From a virus: a DNA stretch of 33,580 nt. The notes beneath the pieces were generated by a model that was not told where the DNA came from, searched no databases, and was given only the letters and a program-made list of their open reading frames with translations. Where the stretch lies: the IMG/VR virus record IMGVR_UViG_3300042390_000952; one strand, given 5' to 3'. Positions 1-8,983 of the stretch are shown one piece after another. Each line of letters begins with the position of its first letter. Position 1 is the stretch's first letter. Position numbers and translations under genes: made by a program.

Positions 1-226
1 TCATCTAGCAAGGGAGTGATATAGAGAAAGTTTTGATTTGTTTCTGCTGTTCTAATGTTTTCTATTATTTGAGTAGTCTTACCGCTACCCATCATTGCGT
101 CATATACTTTAAACACGGTGCTTATTTTTCCTATCGGCACGTTTTATTTTTCCTTTTCATGATATTTTTAGTGTGAGAAAGCATGTTAAGACAGAACTTC
201 CTACTTGAGACAAAGTATATCATCTC

Positions 227-779
227 AAGACAAAATGAGTCAACTTCTTGTCTTGAGTCATAGTTATTTGTCTTGAAACCCTTATTCTACAGGCTTAAAT
301 CGTTGTTTAAGTTTAAATTTAAAGGTGTGGATAACTAAGACAAGTTTTTGTCTTGGCTAAATCTAGGAATAGTACGGCTTTCGCCTAAATATGAGACTCG
401 AAAATAGTGAATTTATAAGCCATAATTTGATGCACTGAAGACAAAAGCTTGTCTTGGCTGTTTTGTAAGTTGTTAATATATAAAGTGAAAAACAAGAAAA
501 CCTTAAAAGGAAAATGTAATATTACAGGTACACACATACACATACATATCAGATGCTCAAACTGTCCACTTTCCGCCCTCTGTTCTTCTCATTCGATAGC
601 CAATCTATACAGTCGGTTGGATGCTCAAACATTTACTTCAGCATAACCTCGTTTCACTTCGCTTATACTTTGTAAAGTTTCGAGCTGAGATACATTTATT
701 GAAATACTAATATTGTTTAAATGTTTAGAAAGGACAGTTAAAAAAGGTTGATAAATAGGCTAAGACAAAACCTTGTCTT
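227..779. repeat. Cluster of AAGACAA/TTGTCTT inverted repeats (227-254, 337-354, 438-455, 762-779) plus a single half-site at 268-274
   Basis: Three copies have the exact form AAGACAA-N4-TTGTCTT. The first has N14, i.e. N4+10. Probable protein-binding or replication/partition control sites. Confidence 0.7.
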
Positions 780-948
780 GGGGGTATAAAAAACATCAAT
801 ATTTAACGGCTCTTTTTCTAATTTATCTTAAAGAGAAGATTAATAAAAAATATATAAATAATAAAATATAGATCTATAAAAGATAAATCTAAAATACATA
901 GATAAACATTAGATATATTTGATAACTACTTGATAAACAAGTATAAAT

Positions 949-977
949 TTGACATTACTTTATAAGTATGATATTAT
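949..977 (+). promoter_or_regulatory. Candidate sigma70 promoter TTGACA-N17-TATTAT
   Basis: Consensus -35 at 949-954, 17 bp spacer, near-consensus -10 at 972-977. No convincing ORF immediately downstream. Confidence 0.55.
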
Positions 978-1402
978 AAATCAACGATTGAGGGGAAGCA
1001 CATACTCTGCTTAACCCTCTATTGGTTTGAGAAGCTTTAGATGTACCTGACGGCACATCCAAACCTTACGCTATCGCTCTCACCTTACAAACCATATACG
1101 ACCTTACAAGAGCATATAGTGATAAGAACAGAAACATACCTATCGGTACGTTCCTATCCTTATGCAAAGCCACTATTAGATCTTTATAGAATTAGATGTA
1201 ACAGACCAAAACCATATCTGTATCCTATCGGACACAGACATACTTTTACCCTTAACAGTCAGTATTCAAGCCTTGATCTGTATTGTGTACTACCGTACCC
1301 AACACACACCAAACCATGAACTGACTGCCTACGAACTTGTTTTTGTATATTTTTAATACTAATTAAAATAGAATCCATTTAATTCTTTATTATTTTATAA
1401 AT

Positions 1403-1777
1403 ATGAAAAAGTTTACTTTATCTGTATTCATAGTTTGTATTACTACTTCAGCTCATTCTGAGTCTATGTATGAATTAGCTCAAGCTCATTGTAAAAAGGC
1501 TGAGACGGTTGCTTCTATAGCCCAAACATATAGACAATTAGGTATGAAAGCTTCAGAAGCTACAGAAAAACTTATGACAGTCACAGCTAAAATGACAGAT
1601 CAAGAAGCAAGAGAAAAAGAAGAAAAACAAATCTTCTTTATTGTTGAAGATGCATATACTGTATCTGTTTATCCGACTCAATCACTGAAAAAACAAGCTA
1701 TTTCTGATTTTGAAGAACGTCATTATTTAGCTTGTAGTCAGTCATTTCAAAAGGCTATCGGTAAGCACAATAAATAG
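1403..1777 (+). CDS. Small secreted hypothetical protein (signal peptide)
   Basis: ORF of 124 aa; N-terminus MKKFTLSVFIVCITTSAHSES resembles a Sec signal peptide. Confidence 0.7.
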   Translation: MKKFTLSVFIVCITTSAHSESMYELAQAHCKKAETVASIAQTYRQLGMKASEATEKLMTVTAKMTDQEAREKEEKQIFFIVEDAYTVSVYPTQSLKKQAISDFEERHYLACSQSFQKAIGKHNK

Positions 1778-1950
1778 CCTATGTAGAATAGGTATTCTTA
1801 TTACTTCTTTTTATAAATCTTGACTTTCATATAAAATTATGTTATATATAATTCTGTTTTTTATAACAAATATTTATGAGTTATATGAAACATCAATTCT
1901 AACAACAACACTAAGACTAATAAGAAAAACTATAAACTTAAAGAGAAACA

Positions 1951-2280
1951 ATGTACTCAATTTATAAAATCTACCAAGCTGAAGAGCTTGTCTATGCCAC
2001 GTACCATACAATGAATAATCAATATTCTGATACAACAAAGCTAGACATCATTATCAATTCACCTATAACCCCATACTATCTTGTTGAAGCCTACTTCAAA
2101 AACTCGTCACAGTTCAGTATCAAACTTCATAAAGATGGTATCAGCAATGCCCTAGACGCATCACAGTTACTATCAGCTCTACTCTCGAATCAGACATTAA
2201 ATACAGCTATTGAAGAATCAAAACCTACTACAAAGCCTAAGAAAACACGTACTAAAAAAGCAGTTAAAAATGAAGATTAA
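1951..2280 (+). CDS. Hypothetical protein with Lys-rich C-terminus
   Basis: ORF of 109 aa overlapping the next start at 2270. Confidence 0.65.
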   Translation: MYSIYKIYQAEELVYATYHTMNNQYSDTTKLDIIINSPITPYYLVEAYFKNSSQFSIKLHKDGISNALDASQLLSALLSNQTLNTAIEESKPTTKPKKTRTKKAVKNED

Positions 2281-2617
2281 AGGATGCAAGAAAGCTTCTT
2301 TCCTGGACCAAGCTATTAAGAATGGAGGTCAAGCAATCTTCTATGTACTACGTTGCTACGATAAGGATGAAGAGTTCTTCAAGGTAGGTATTACTGTTAA
2401 CCATATTTTAACCAGGTATGGATCTGTGAAGGCAATGCCCTATTCCTGGGAAATACTCCTAGAACTTCCTGCTTCAGCAGAAGAGACATACGATATGGAA
2501 GTACAGTTCAAAACAGAAATGGAAGACCTACATTACCAACCCAAAATAAAGTTTAATGGTTCTAAAACAGAATGTTATTATGAGCTCTCAGATTCTTTAA
2601 AAACATTATTTACATGA
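2270..2617 (+). CDS. GIY-YIG/T5orf172-like domain protein (tentative)
   Basis: ORF track begins at 2210; the ATG at 2270 overlapping the upstream stop is a more natural start. Motif IFYVLRCYDKDEEFFKVGIT...RY resembles T5orf172/GIY-YIG-like families. Confidence 0.55.
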   Translation: MKIKGCKKASFLDQAIKNGGQAIFYVLRCYDKDEEFFKVGITVNHILTRYGSVKAMPYSWEILLELPASAEETYDMEVQFKTEMEDLHYQPKIKFNGSKTECYYELSDSLKTLFT

Positions 2618-3399
2618 AAATTTCTTATATTCTAATAGGGACTTTATTAATCTCAGGTTGTTCAAAAAGCGGTCAAATGGGAGAGCAGCAATATGAAGAT
2701 TATAAGATAAATTTTTTGCAAGAAAGTTCAAACTATAATGAAAAACTTGATGAGGCAATTAAAGACTCGGATAAAAATGAAGTACAAAAGCAAATTTGTA
2801 ATCTCTATAAATTACATTCAAAGAATTTAAAAATAAGTGAAACAAATATAAATTATCCAGATGCATTTGAATCACTTGATATGTCAAAATTATTATTGGA
2901 ACAATTCGAAGCTGAGGAAGCATTTGATTTAGAGAAATTTAAAGATGCAAATGACTGTAATGATCTTAGTCCAGTAGAAGAAAATAATTATTCAGATAAT
3001 GTAGAAGAATATAATTATTCAGATAATGAAACTCTTGCTATTAAATATGAGGAACATCGTAAAAAATTCTATGATATGGATGCGATCATACAAAATAAAT
3101 ATATCGAAATAGATGGTGAATTTGTCGAAAACCCTTTAAAAGAAGAAGATTACGTCTATAGAATGGCTAGCTGTGAGGCACTTACACATTTATTAGCACT
3201 AGCTGAAATGAGAGAACTTCACCCTGAGTTTTATTCGCACTATGAGGATCTAGGCTACAAAGAGGGCCAAGAATATATAGATATTGAATTGGGAATCACT
3301 TCTATGACGAGACAATACTATGCAGCCAAAGGACTTGACCCTAAATGCGCTGCATTAAATGATCCTAAAATCTTAGATTATTATATTGATACAGAGTAA
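2614..3399 (+). CDS. Putative lipoprotein of unknown function
   Basis: N-terminus MKISYILIGTLLISGC contains a lipobox; start overlaps the preceding stop (ATGA). Confidence 0.7.
   Translation: MKISYILIGTLLISGCSKSGQMGEQQYEDYKINFLQESSNYNEKLDEAIKDSDKNEVQKQICNLYKLHSKNLKISETNINYPDAFESLDMSKLLLEQFEAEEAFDLEKFKDANDCNDLSPVEENNYSDNVEEYNYSDNETLAIKYEEHRKKFYDMDAIIQNKYIEIDGEFVENPLKEEDYVYRMASCEALTHLLALAEMRELHPEFYSHYEDLGYKEGQEYIDIELGITSMTRQYYAAKGLDPKCAALNDPKILDYYIDTE
2974..3027 (+). repeat. Two tandem 27-bp in-frame repeats (VEENNYSDN/VEEYNYSDN)
   Basis: gtagaagaaaataattattcagataat followed directly by gtagaagaatataattattcagataat, one mismatch. Confidence 0.9.
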
Positions 3400-3963
3400 T
3401 AACGGTCAAATACCACCAGTAATATATAACCAATAGTTATACGTATTGACAAAAATACAACTTTGTGTTATAATTTAATCCATATTCAGTAGCTTAGGCT
3501 GAATACAATAATTATCTAAGCGTCATTTATATATTTCCTTTATCAAAACAATCACTCATAGCTTACTTAGGTCGGCTATAAGCTCCCCTTTCTAAGTCAA
3601 TCTAGTTTTTCTCTTTCTAGTTTGGCTTATTCTTTTACAACGATTTATACAACTATAATTAATTATATAATTAAAACTATAAATAATAATAACAATACAT
3701 ATTACTTTAATAAAAAGAGCCTATTCATACCTTTAAGCATCAACAGACACAGTGACTACAGTACAACAACGATAACTAAAACACAGACTGCATAGATCTC
3801 CTGCGCTTTTAAATACTTATTAGGTTATGAATAAACAGACATTAAATACCCCTTCTATATACCTACGCACGTACACGCACACACGCGCATTTTGCAACAT
3901 AGGATGCCGCATATCTTTTAGAACAAAGAGACAGTAAGACGCACCTAGACAGTGTTAGAGACG

Positions 3964-4026
3964 TTGGCTTTGCTCAAGACAGAAATGGCTTGATCCGAAG
4001 GACAACAGGCTCGTCCCGAAGGGAAC
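3964..4026 (+). repeat. Structured element copy 1 (duplicated at 26094-26160)
   Basis: ttggctttgctcaaga...agaaatggcttgatccgaaggacaacaggctcgtcccgaagggaac, with two small GAA-loop hairpins. Confidence 0.65.
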
Positions 4027-4071
4027 ACCCAACATCAACACACATAAAACTATAACCATAGGAAGAATAAA

Positions 4072-4269
4072 ATGGGTAGTAAACCTAAGATCGTTCAACA
4101 AGAAAGTGCTGAAGAGATTGAACGTAAAGCGACTGAACTGGCTCAGAAAGAAACCAATGAATCTAACGCTTCTAAACGTAAACAGAAGAAAAGCACAGCA
4201 TTGGGAAGTTTAGTAAGCACAGCATCTACAACAGCACTATCAGCACCTAAAACCAATACAGGAACTTAA
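4072..4269 (+). CDS. Small Lys/Ala-rich protein preceding the portal gene
   Basis: 65-aa ORF immediately before the portal, as in many T7-like late regions. Confidence 0.6.
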   Translation: MGSKPKIVQQESAEEIERKATELAQKETNESNASKRKQKKSTALGSLVSTASTTALSAPKTNTGT

Positions 4270-4272
4270 CGA

Positions 4273-5957
4273 TTGAACGCACAAGCAACAGCATTGTTAA
4301 AGCGATTAAGTCAGTTAAAAGCGGAACGATTACCTTTTGAAAACTCTTGGAAACAAGCTTACAAATATGGCTGTCCTGAAAGACAACAAAGCTTTCAAGA
4401 CTCAACCAACAGTGGACTTGAACAAGAACGTAAACAAGCAAGAGCTGAGCTTTTTGACAGTACAGCTTGTGAATCTATCCAACTCCTGACCTCAAGTATT
4501 TACAGTGGTACAACGAATCCAACATCTAAATGGTTTCAAGCACTCCCTTCAGGACTCGGCTCACCTATTCAATTAACAGAAGGTGAAAAGTGGTTAGAAG
4601 AAGTCACAGACTTTATGTTTAGAAATATTCACTCAAGTAACTTCGACAGTATCGCATCAGACTTCTTATCAGACTTAGTAGTAGCTCGGATGGGCTGTAC
4701 TTTACGCTGATATAGATAAAGAAAAAGGTGGATTAGTTTTTGAGAACTGGCAGATTGGATCTACTTATATCTCATCAACTCAAGCTCATGGCTTAATTGA
4801 TACGGTATACAGGGAATTTGAGTTAACAGCAGAACAACTCGTTTCGGAATTTACCCTAGACAAAGTATCAGACAAAGTTAAAACAGCTTATGAGAAGAAG
4901 CCTGACACTAAATTTACATTGGTCCATGCAATCTACCCTCGTTCTAAAGACCTGGTTAAAGGTGAAGCAGGACAACGAGTAGCTAAGAGTATGCCCTTCG
5001 CTTCAGTAACGATTGAAGCAAACAGTAAGCATGTTCTACGTGAACTAGGCTATGAAGAGTTCCCTTGTATTGTGAGTCGCTTTAAGAAGCTACCTAGTTC
5101 GCACTATGGTATCGGTATCATGGCTCTAGCCTTACCTGACGCTATCACAGCGAATCAGATCATGAAGATGAGCCTACAAGCAGTAGAACTTAATCTGCGG
5201 TGGTTTATGGATTTCAGCAAACGATGGCGTAATCAACCCTGCAACATTACGTATCAGACCAAACGCTATCATCCAAGCCAATACAGTAGACAGCATCAAA
5301 CGCTTAGACACTGGATCAGCAACAGTAGGCTTAGGACTTGATTACTTACAACACGTACAAGGCAAGATCAAACGTACCTTAATGTCAGATCAATTAACAC
5401 CCAACGGATCTAGTCCATTAACAGCAACAGAAATCAGTGCAAGAGTAAACGTATACCGTTCACAACTTGGCTCAGTCTTCTCTCGCTTAACATCAGAATA
5501 CCTACAAGCATTACTTGATCGTGTATGGGGCTTATCACTCAGAAGTGGATTACTAAATCCTGCACCTGAAGAGCTTATGCAAGCAACACGTATTAATTTC
5601 CAGTTCATCAATCCAATGGCAGCAGCACAAAGATTAGAAGGTGTAACAGCTATTCAAAACTTAATGATGAATGTCGGACAGATGGCTCAGATTGATCCAA
5701 CGATTATGGACAACATCAATCTTGATAATGCAGTACAGATTATCGGTGAAGGACTCAATGTTCCAACAGATGTCATACGTACACAAGAAGAGATTGCACA
5801 GCTCAGACAGACCAAACAAGAACAACAAGCAGCAATGCAAGAGCAACAACAGCAACAAGCTTTGATGTCTCAAGTGGGTTCTACAGGTTTAGAGATAGCC
5901 AAAGATCAAGCCAAGAACATGACACCTGAACAGCTAGGAGCAATGTTTGAACAGTAA
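4273..5957 (+). CDS. Head-tail connector (portal) protein, T7 gp8-like, read through two quadruplet codons (about 560 aa)
   Basis: TTG start. Pieces 4273-4710, 4691-5197 and 5202-5957 join in frame if CGGA at 4687-4690 and CGGT at 5198-5201 are each read as one codon. N-terminus LLKRLSQLKAERLPFENSWKQAYKYGCPERQQSF and position before scaffold and capsid genes. Confidence 0.88.
4687..4690 (+). other. Quadruplet codon CGGA (portal): LVVA-[CGGA]-WAVLYADIDKE
   Basis: In-frame CGG; triplet reading stops at 4708-4710, quadruplet reading restores the ORF. Confidence 0.85.
5198..5201 (+). other. Quadruplet codon CGGT (portal): VELNL-[CGGT]-GLWISANDGVINPATLRI
   Basis: In-frame CGG; triplet reading gives an aberrant tail ending at 5341. 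Confidence 0.85.
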
Positions 5958-6141
5958 TAAATATCAACGAGTGTTTAGTAGCGGTGAAGGATTAGAAGTA
6001 TTGGATGAACTGATCAGTCTATTTCATACCAAACTAGCATTCGATAAAGACAACCAATATCAAACGAGCTTCAACTTAGGTCAAGGTGATGTAATTAACT
6101 TTATCCTAGCTCGAATCAAAGAATCAGAAACAAACCAATAA
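5947..6141 (+). CDS. Hypothetical 64-aa phage protein
   Basis: ORF overlapping the portal 3' end, directly upstream of the scaffold gene. Confidence 0.55.
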   Translation: MNSNKYQRVFSSGEGLEVLDELISLFHTKLAFDKDNQYQTSFNLGQGDVINFILARIKESETNQ

Positions 6142-6163
6142 TAAATAAAAAAAGAGAATACAA

Positions 6164-6907
6164 ATGACAGATAACATTGAACAAACAGTAGAGACAGTTG
6201 AAGAAAATACAACGAATAATACAGTATTAAGTACAACCATTAATCCAACGATAGATACAACTATTCCTGATAAATTTAAAGTAATGGATGAATCCACTGG
6301 AACAGTAGACTACAAAGCCACTCTAGCCAAAATGAATGAATCATATACAGGACTTGAGCAGCGTCTAGGAACTGGAGATCTACCTCCTAAAACAGAAGAT
6401 GAATATACAACTGAACGTGAAGGATTCAGCTTTGATGAGTTTAAGCAAGACAAAGGAAACAAAGCCTTTCTTAAATCAGCTCATGCTCATGGCATTACCA
6501 ATAAACAAATGGACTTCCTATTAAGTGAATACGAATCAAGAGCTGTAGACTTGGTATCAACATCATCAGCTTTAGATACAGATAAAACAGTAGAGACGCT
6601 TCAATCTGAATGGGGTAAAGACTATGAATCAAACATCTTTAATGCAGTTAAAGCTGCTAAAGCATGTGGCATTTCAGAAGATCAGATCAACGATCCCTTG
6701 ATTGGTAATAACGTAGCATTCATTAAGATGGCTGCTTACTTTGGATCACAAATGACTGAAGACAAACCGATCAGCATCGGTACACCAGTATCAGAAGACA
6801 TTAGCTCTCTAATGCGTAGTGAAGCATTCTTTAATCCTCGTCATCCTGACCATAAAGCGACTAAAGAACGTATTGATCAACACTACAACAGCCTAAGACG
6901 CAAATAA
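6164..6907 (+). CDS. Capsid assembly scaffolding protein, T7 gp9-like
   Basis: Acidic 247-aa protein between the portal and the capsid; no in-frame CGG. Confidence 0.8.
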   Translation: MTDNIEQTVETVEENTTNNTVLSTTINPTIDTTIPDKFKVMDESTGTVDYKATLAKMNESYTGLEQRLGTGDLPPKTEDEYTTEREGFSFDEFKQDKGNKAFLKSAHAHGITNKQMDFLLSEYESRAVDLVSTSSALDTDKTVETLQSEWGKDYESNIFNAVKAAKACGISEDQINDPLIGNNVAFIKMAAYFGSQMTEDKPISIGTPVSEDISSLMRSEAFFNPRHPDHKATKERIDQHYNSLRRK

Positions 6908-6913
6908 GAATAA

Positions 6914-6929
6914 AGCCGTTTCAGTACGG
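6914..6929 (+). other. Short hairpin immediately 5' of the tRNA (GCCGT-TTCAGT-ACGGC)
   Basis: 5-bp perfect stem, 6-nt loop, a few nt before the tRNA; possible processing signal. Confidence 0.4.
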
Positions 6930-6933
6930 CAAT

Positions 6934-7009
6934 GCGGATATAGCATAGTGATAGTGTTCTGAGATTTCCGTCCTCAGAGGTGTGGGTTTGATTCCCATTG
7001 TCCGCTCCA
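6934..7009 (+). tRNA. tRNA-Gly-like gene with expanded anticodon loop containing UCCG; candidate CGGA/CGGU quadruplet-decoding (frameshift suppressor) tRNA
   Basis: GCGGATA-TA-GCAT-AGTGATA-GTGT-T-CTGAG-ATTTCCGTC-CTCAG-AGGT-GTGGG-TTTGATT-CCCAT-TGTCCGC-T-CCA. 7-bp acceptor stem, 5-bp T stem with TTTGATT loop, encoded CCA, U73, G1-C72, C2-G71. The loop is 9 nt (or 7 nt closed by an A.C mismatch) rather than canonical. Confidence 0.87.
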
Positions 7010-7242
7010 ATGAATAGTTCCTAACGTGGCGGTTAGATAAAACTTTAAGCCATACAGTCCTTATGTGTAGAGCATAGACCTGTATCAATGACTCAATCAG
7101 CCTTCAACTGAAGACAACTGAAACAACAACTAGCTCTACAAACAACACACTATAAATAAGACTATAAATACAACGATAAATAATCTTATTAATAAAACTA
7201 TAAAAAATAAAAATAAATAATAATTAAGGACATAATAAAATT

Positions 7243-8121
7243 ATGGCAACTTCATACGACACTATTGATAGCGTATTTTGCAAGCAGTACGCAGACACAT
7301 ATTTAGCTCTTCTTGAGCAGAAAGAATCAAAACTATTATCAACAGTAAATAATATTGGCTCAGTACAAGGTACTGGTTGGACCGTCAACGAACTCGGTTC
7401 ATTAGGTGATGGCTTAGGTACTGTAGATCGCTTTGGTACTACACAATACACAGACGCTTCATTTGCATCACGTTATGCAGTAATGAGTGACTTCTCCAAC
7501 TTCACACGTACAGCAATCCAAGACCTCTATAAATTAAAAGCAGATCCTAACGATGAACTTTTAAAACGCTTACATGCTAAATACAACCGCAAAGTAGACA
7601 AAGTAATCTACAACGCATTGTTAGGTACAGCTCAACGTAAAGAGACAGGTGCAGATACATTTACTGCTGTAGCTCTTCCTGCAACTCAAGTATTAGGTGA
7701 TGTAGCAGCTCCATTAACTAAAAAATTGTTAATCGACATTCGTACTAAAATGCTTTCTAACGATGTAGAAGATGAAATCTACATTACTTATGATGCAACG
7801 ATGCTTAACGCAATTTTGGCTGATACCACATTAACATCTAGCGATTTCCTTGCAGGACAAATGCTTCAACGTGGTGAAGTAAATGACTTTCTTGGTTTTA
7901 AGTGGACCTATTACAATGGTATTAAAGCTGTAGATGGTTTATCTGCTACAGGCGTTGCCTATACGAAAGATGCAGTACAAATTGGTATCAATACAATCTC
8001 TCCATTGAAGATTGTAGAAGTAGAGACAGCTAACCGTTTTCACTCAATTGGTCACATAGAATCTTTAGGTGCTATCCGTACTGCCGAGAAGAAAGTAATC
8101 GCTTTCAAATTTAAAGTATAA
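7243..8121 (+). CDS. Major capsid protein, T7 gp10-like
   Basis: 292-aa ORF directly after the scaffold gene; typical composition and position; no in-frame CGG. Confidence 0.8.
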   Translation: MATSYDTIDSVFCKQYADTYLALLEQKESKLLSTVNNIGSVQGTGWTVNELGSLGDGLGTVDRFGTTQYTDASFASRYAVMSDFSNFTRTAIQDLYKLKADPNDELLKRLHAKYNRKVDKVIYNALLGTAQRKETGADTFTAVALPATQVLGDVAAPLTKKLLIDIRTKMLSNDVEDEIYITYDATMLNAILADTTLTSSDFLAGQMLQRGEVNDFLGFKWTYYNGIKAVDGLSATGVAYTKDAVQIGINTISPLKIVEVETANRFHSIGHIESLGAIRTAEKKVIAFKFKV

Positions 8122-8171
8122 GACTAAGAATACAACTATTTATAATTTTAAATAAACAACTATAAATAAGT

Positions 8172-8215
8172 AAAGCTCTCTATCTGAATAGGGTAGGGGG
8201 CTTTCTTTATTTCAA
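8172..8215 (+). terminator. Intrinsic terminator after the capsid gene
   Basis: aaagctCTCTATctgaATAGGGtagggggctttcttt: stem with GU pairs and outer AAAGC/GGCTTT, followed by a T-rich tract. Same position as T7 T-phi. Confidence 0.6.
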
Positions 8216-8240
8216 ATATAACAATAACTAAGGACGCTAC

Positions 8241-8804
8241 ATGACAACTAAAGTAGATATATGCAATCAAGCTCTTAGCTTAATTGGAGCAGATTCAATT
8301 ACAAGTTTTGAAGAGAATACAAGTACAGCAAGACGCATGAGAACAGTCTATGACACATCACGTAAAGCCTTGTTAAGACTTCATCCATTTGTATGTGCAA
8401 CCAAGCGCATTCAGCTCACACCTTTATCAACCAAACCTGAATTTGGTTATAGCAATCAATTCCAGTTACCCGATGATCTAATCAGAATCATTAATGCAAA
8501 TACTGACTCTTATTCAGTAGAAACAGACAAACTTTTATCAGACCAACAAACCTTAAATCTTGTTTATGTATTCGATAACAAGAACGAAGAATCCTTTGAT
8601 ACCTTATTTACTGAATGCCTGGTTTTATACCTCGCATCAAAGATCAGTAAAGCCATTACAGGCAATCAAGGCAATTCCGACTCATTGTATATGCAATGCC
8701 AAGAGCTATTAAAACAAGCCAAAGCAGTACAGAGCCAAGAGATCCCAAGTCAGCAGTTCTTCAAAGAAACAGACTATTCAATTATTACGAGCAGATATGG
8801 CTAA
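8241..8804 (+). CDS. Tail tubular protein A (adaptor), T7 gp11-like
   Basis: N-terminus VDICNQALSLIGADSITSFEENTSTARRMRTVYDTSRKALLRLHPF is typical of this family. Confidence 0.85.
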   Translation: MTTKVDICNQALSLIGADSITSFEENTSTARRMRTVYDTSRKALLRLHPFVCATKRIQLTPLSTKPEFGYSNQFQLPDDLIRIINANTDSYSVETDKLLSDQQTLNLVYVFDNKNEESFDTLFTECLVLYLASKISKAITGNQGNSDSLYMQCQELLKQAKAVQSQEIPSQQFFKETDYSIITSRYG

Positions 8805-8973
8805 GATAAACCTTATAAAGAATAACTTCACATCAGGCGAACTATCTAAAAAGATATGGCTCAGAACAGACCTACAGCAGTATAAGAACGGATTAAAAGA
8901 AGCATTTAACGTACTACCTATTATTGAAGGTGGTATCCGTAAACGTGGTGGAACACAAGCCATAGCTGGCTAG
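8797..8973 (+). pseudogene. Truncated tail tubular protein B (nozzle, T7 gp12-like), N-terminal 58 aa only
   Basis: MAKINLIKNNFTSGELSKKIWLRTDLQQYKNGLKEAFNVLPIIEGGIRKRGGTQAIAG* matches the start of nozzle-type proteins, which are normally several hundred residues. Not in the supplied ORF track. Confidence 0.65.
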
Positions 8974-8983
8974 ATCTGAGTAT

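Noticed and set aside
449-646. ORF of 65 aa
   Set aside because: Overlaps the palindrome region, low-complexity HIHIHI composition, no supporting context.
1041-1319. ORF of 92 aa
   Set aside because: Atypical composition and no clear homology; more likely a non-coding transcript region.
5390-5873. Minus-strand ORFs at 5390-5611 and 5661-5873 and plus-strand 5671-5865
   Set aside because: Antisense or out-of-frame within the portal gene; composition reflects the coding strand.
6934-7009. Ordinary tRNA-Gly(UCC) supplementing GGA usage
   Set aside because: The anticodon stem-loop does not fit 5+7+5 cleanly; the extra bases create UCCG matching CGGA. Triplet GGA reading cannot be excluded without experiment.
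7021-7090. Possible second tRNA downstream
   Set aside because: Only a short CTAAC/GTTAG hairpin is visible; no acceptor or T-arm pairing could be built.
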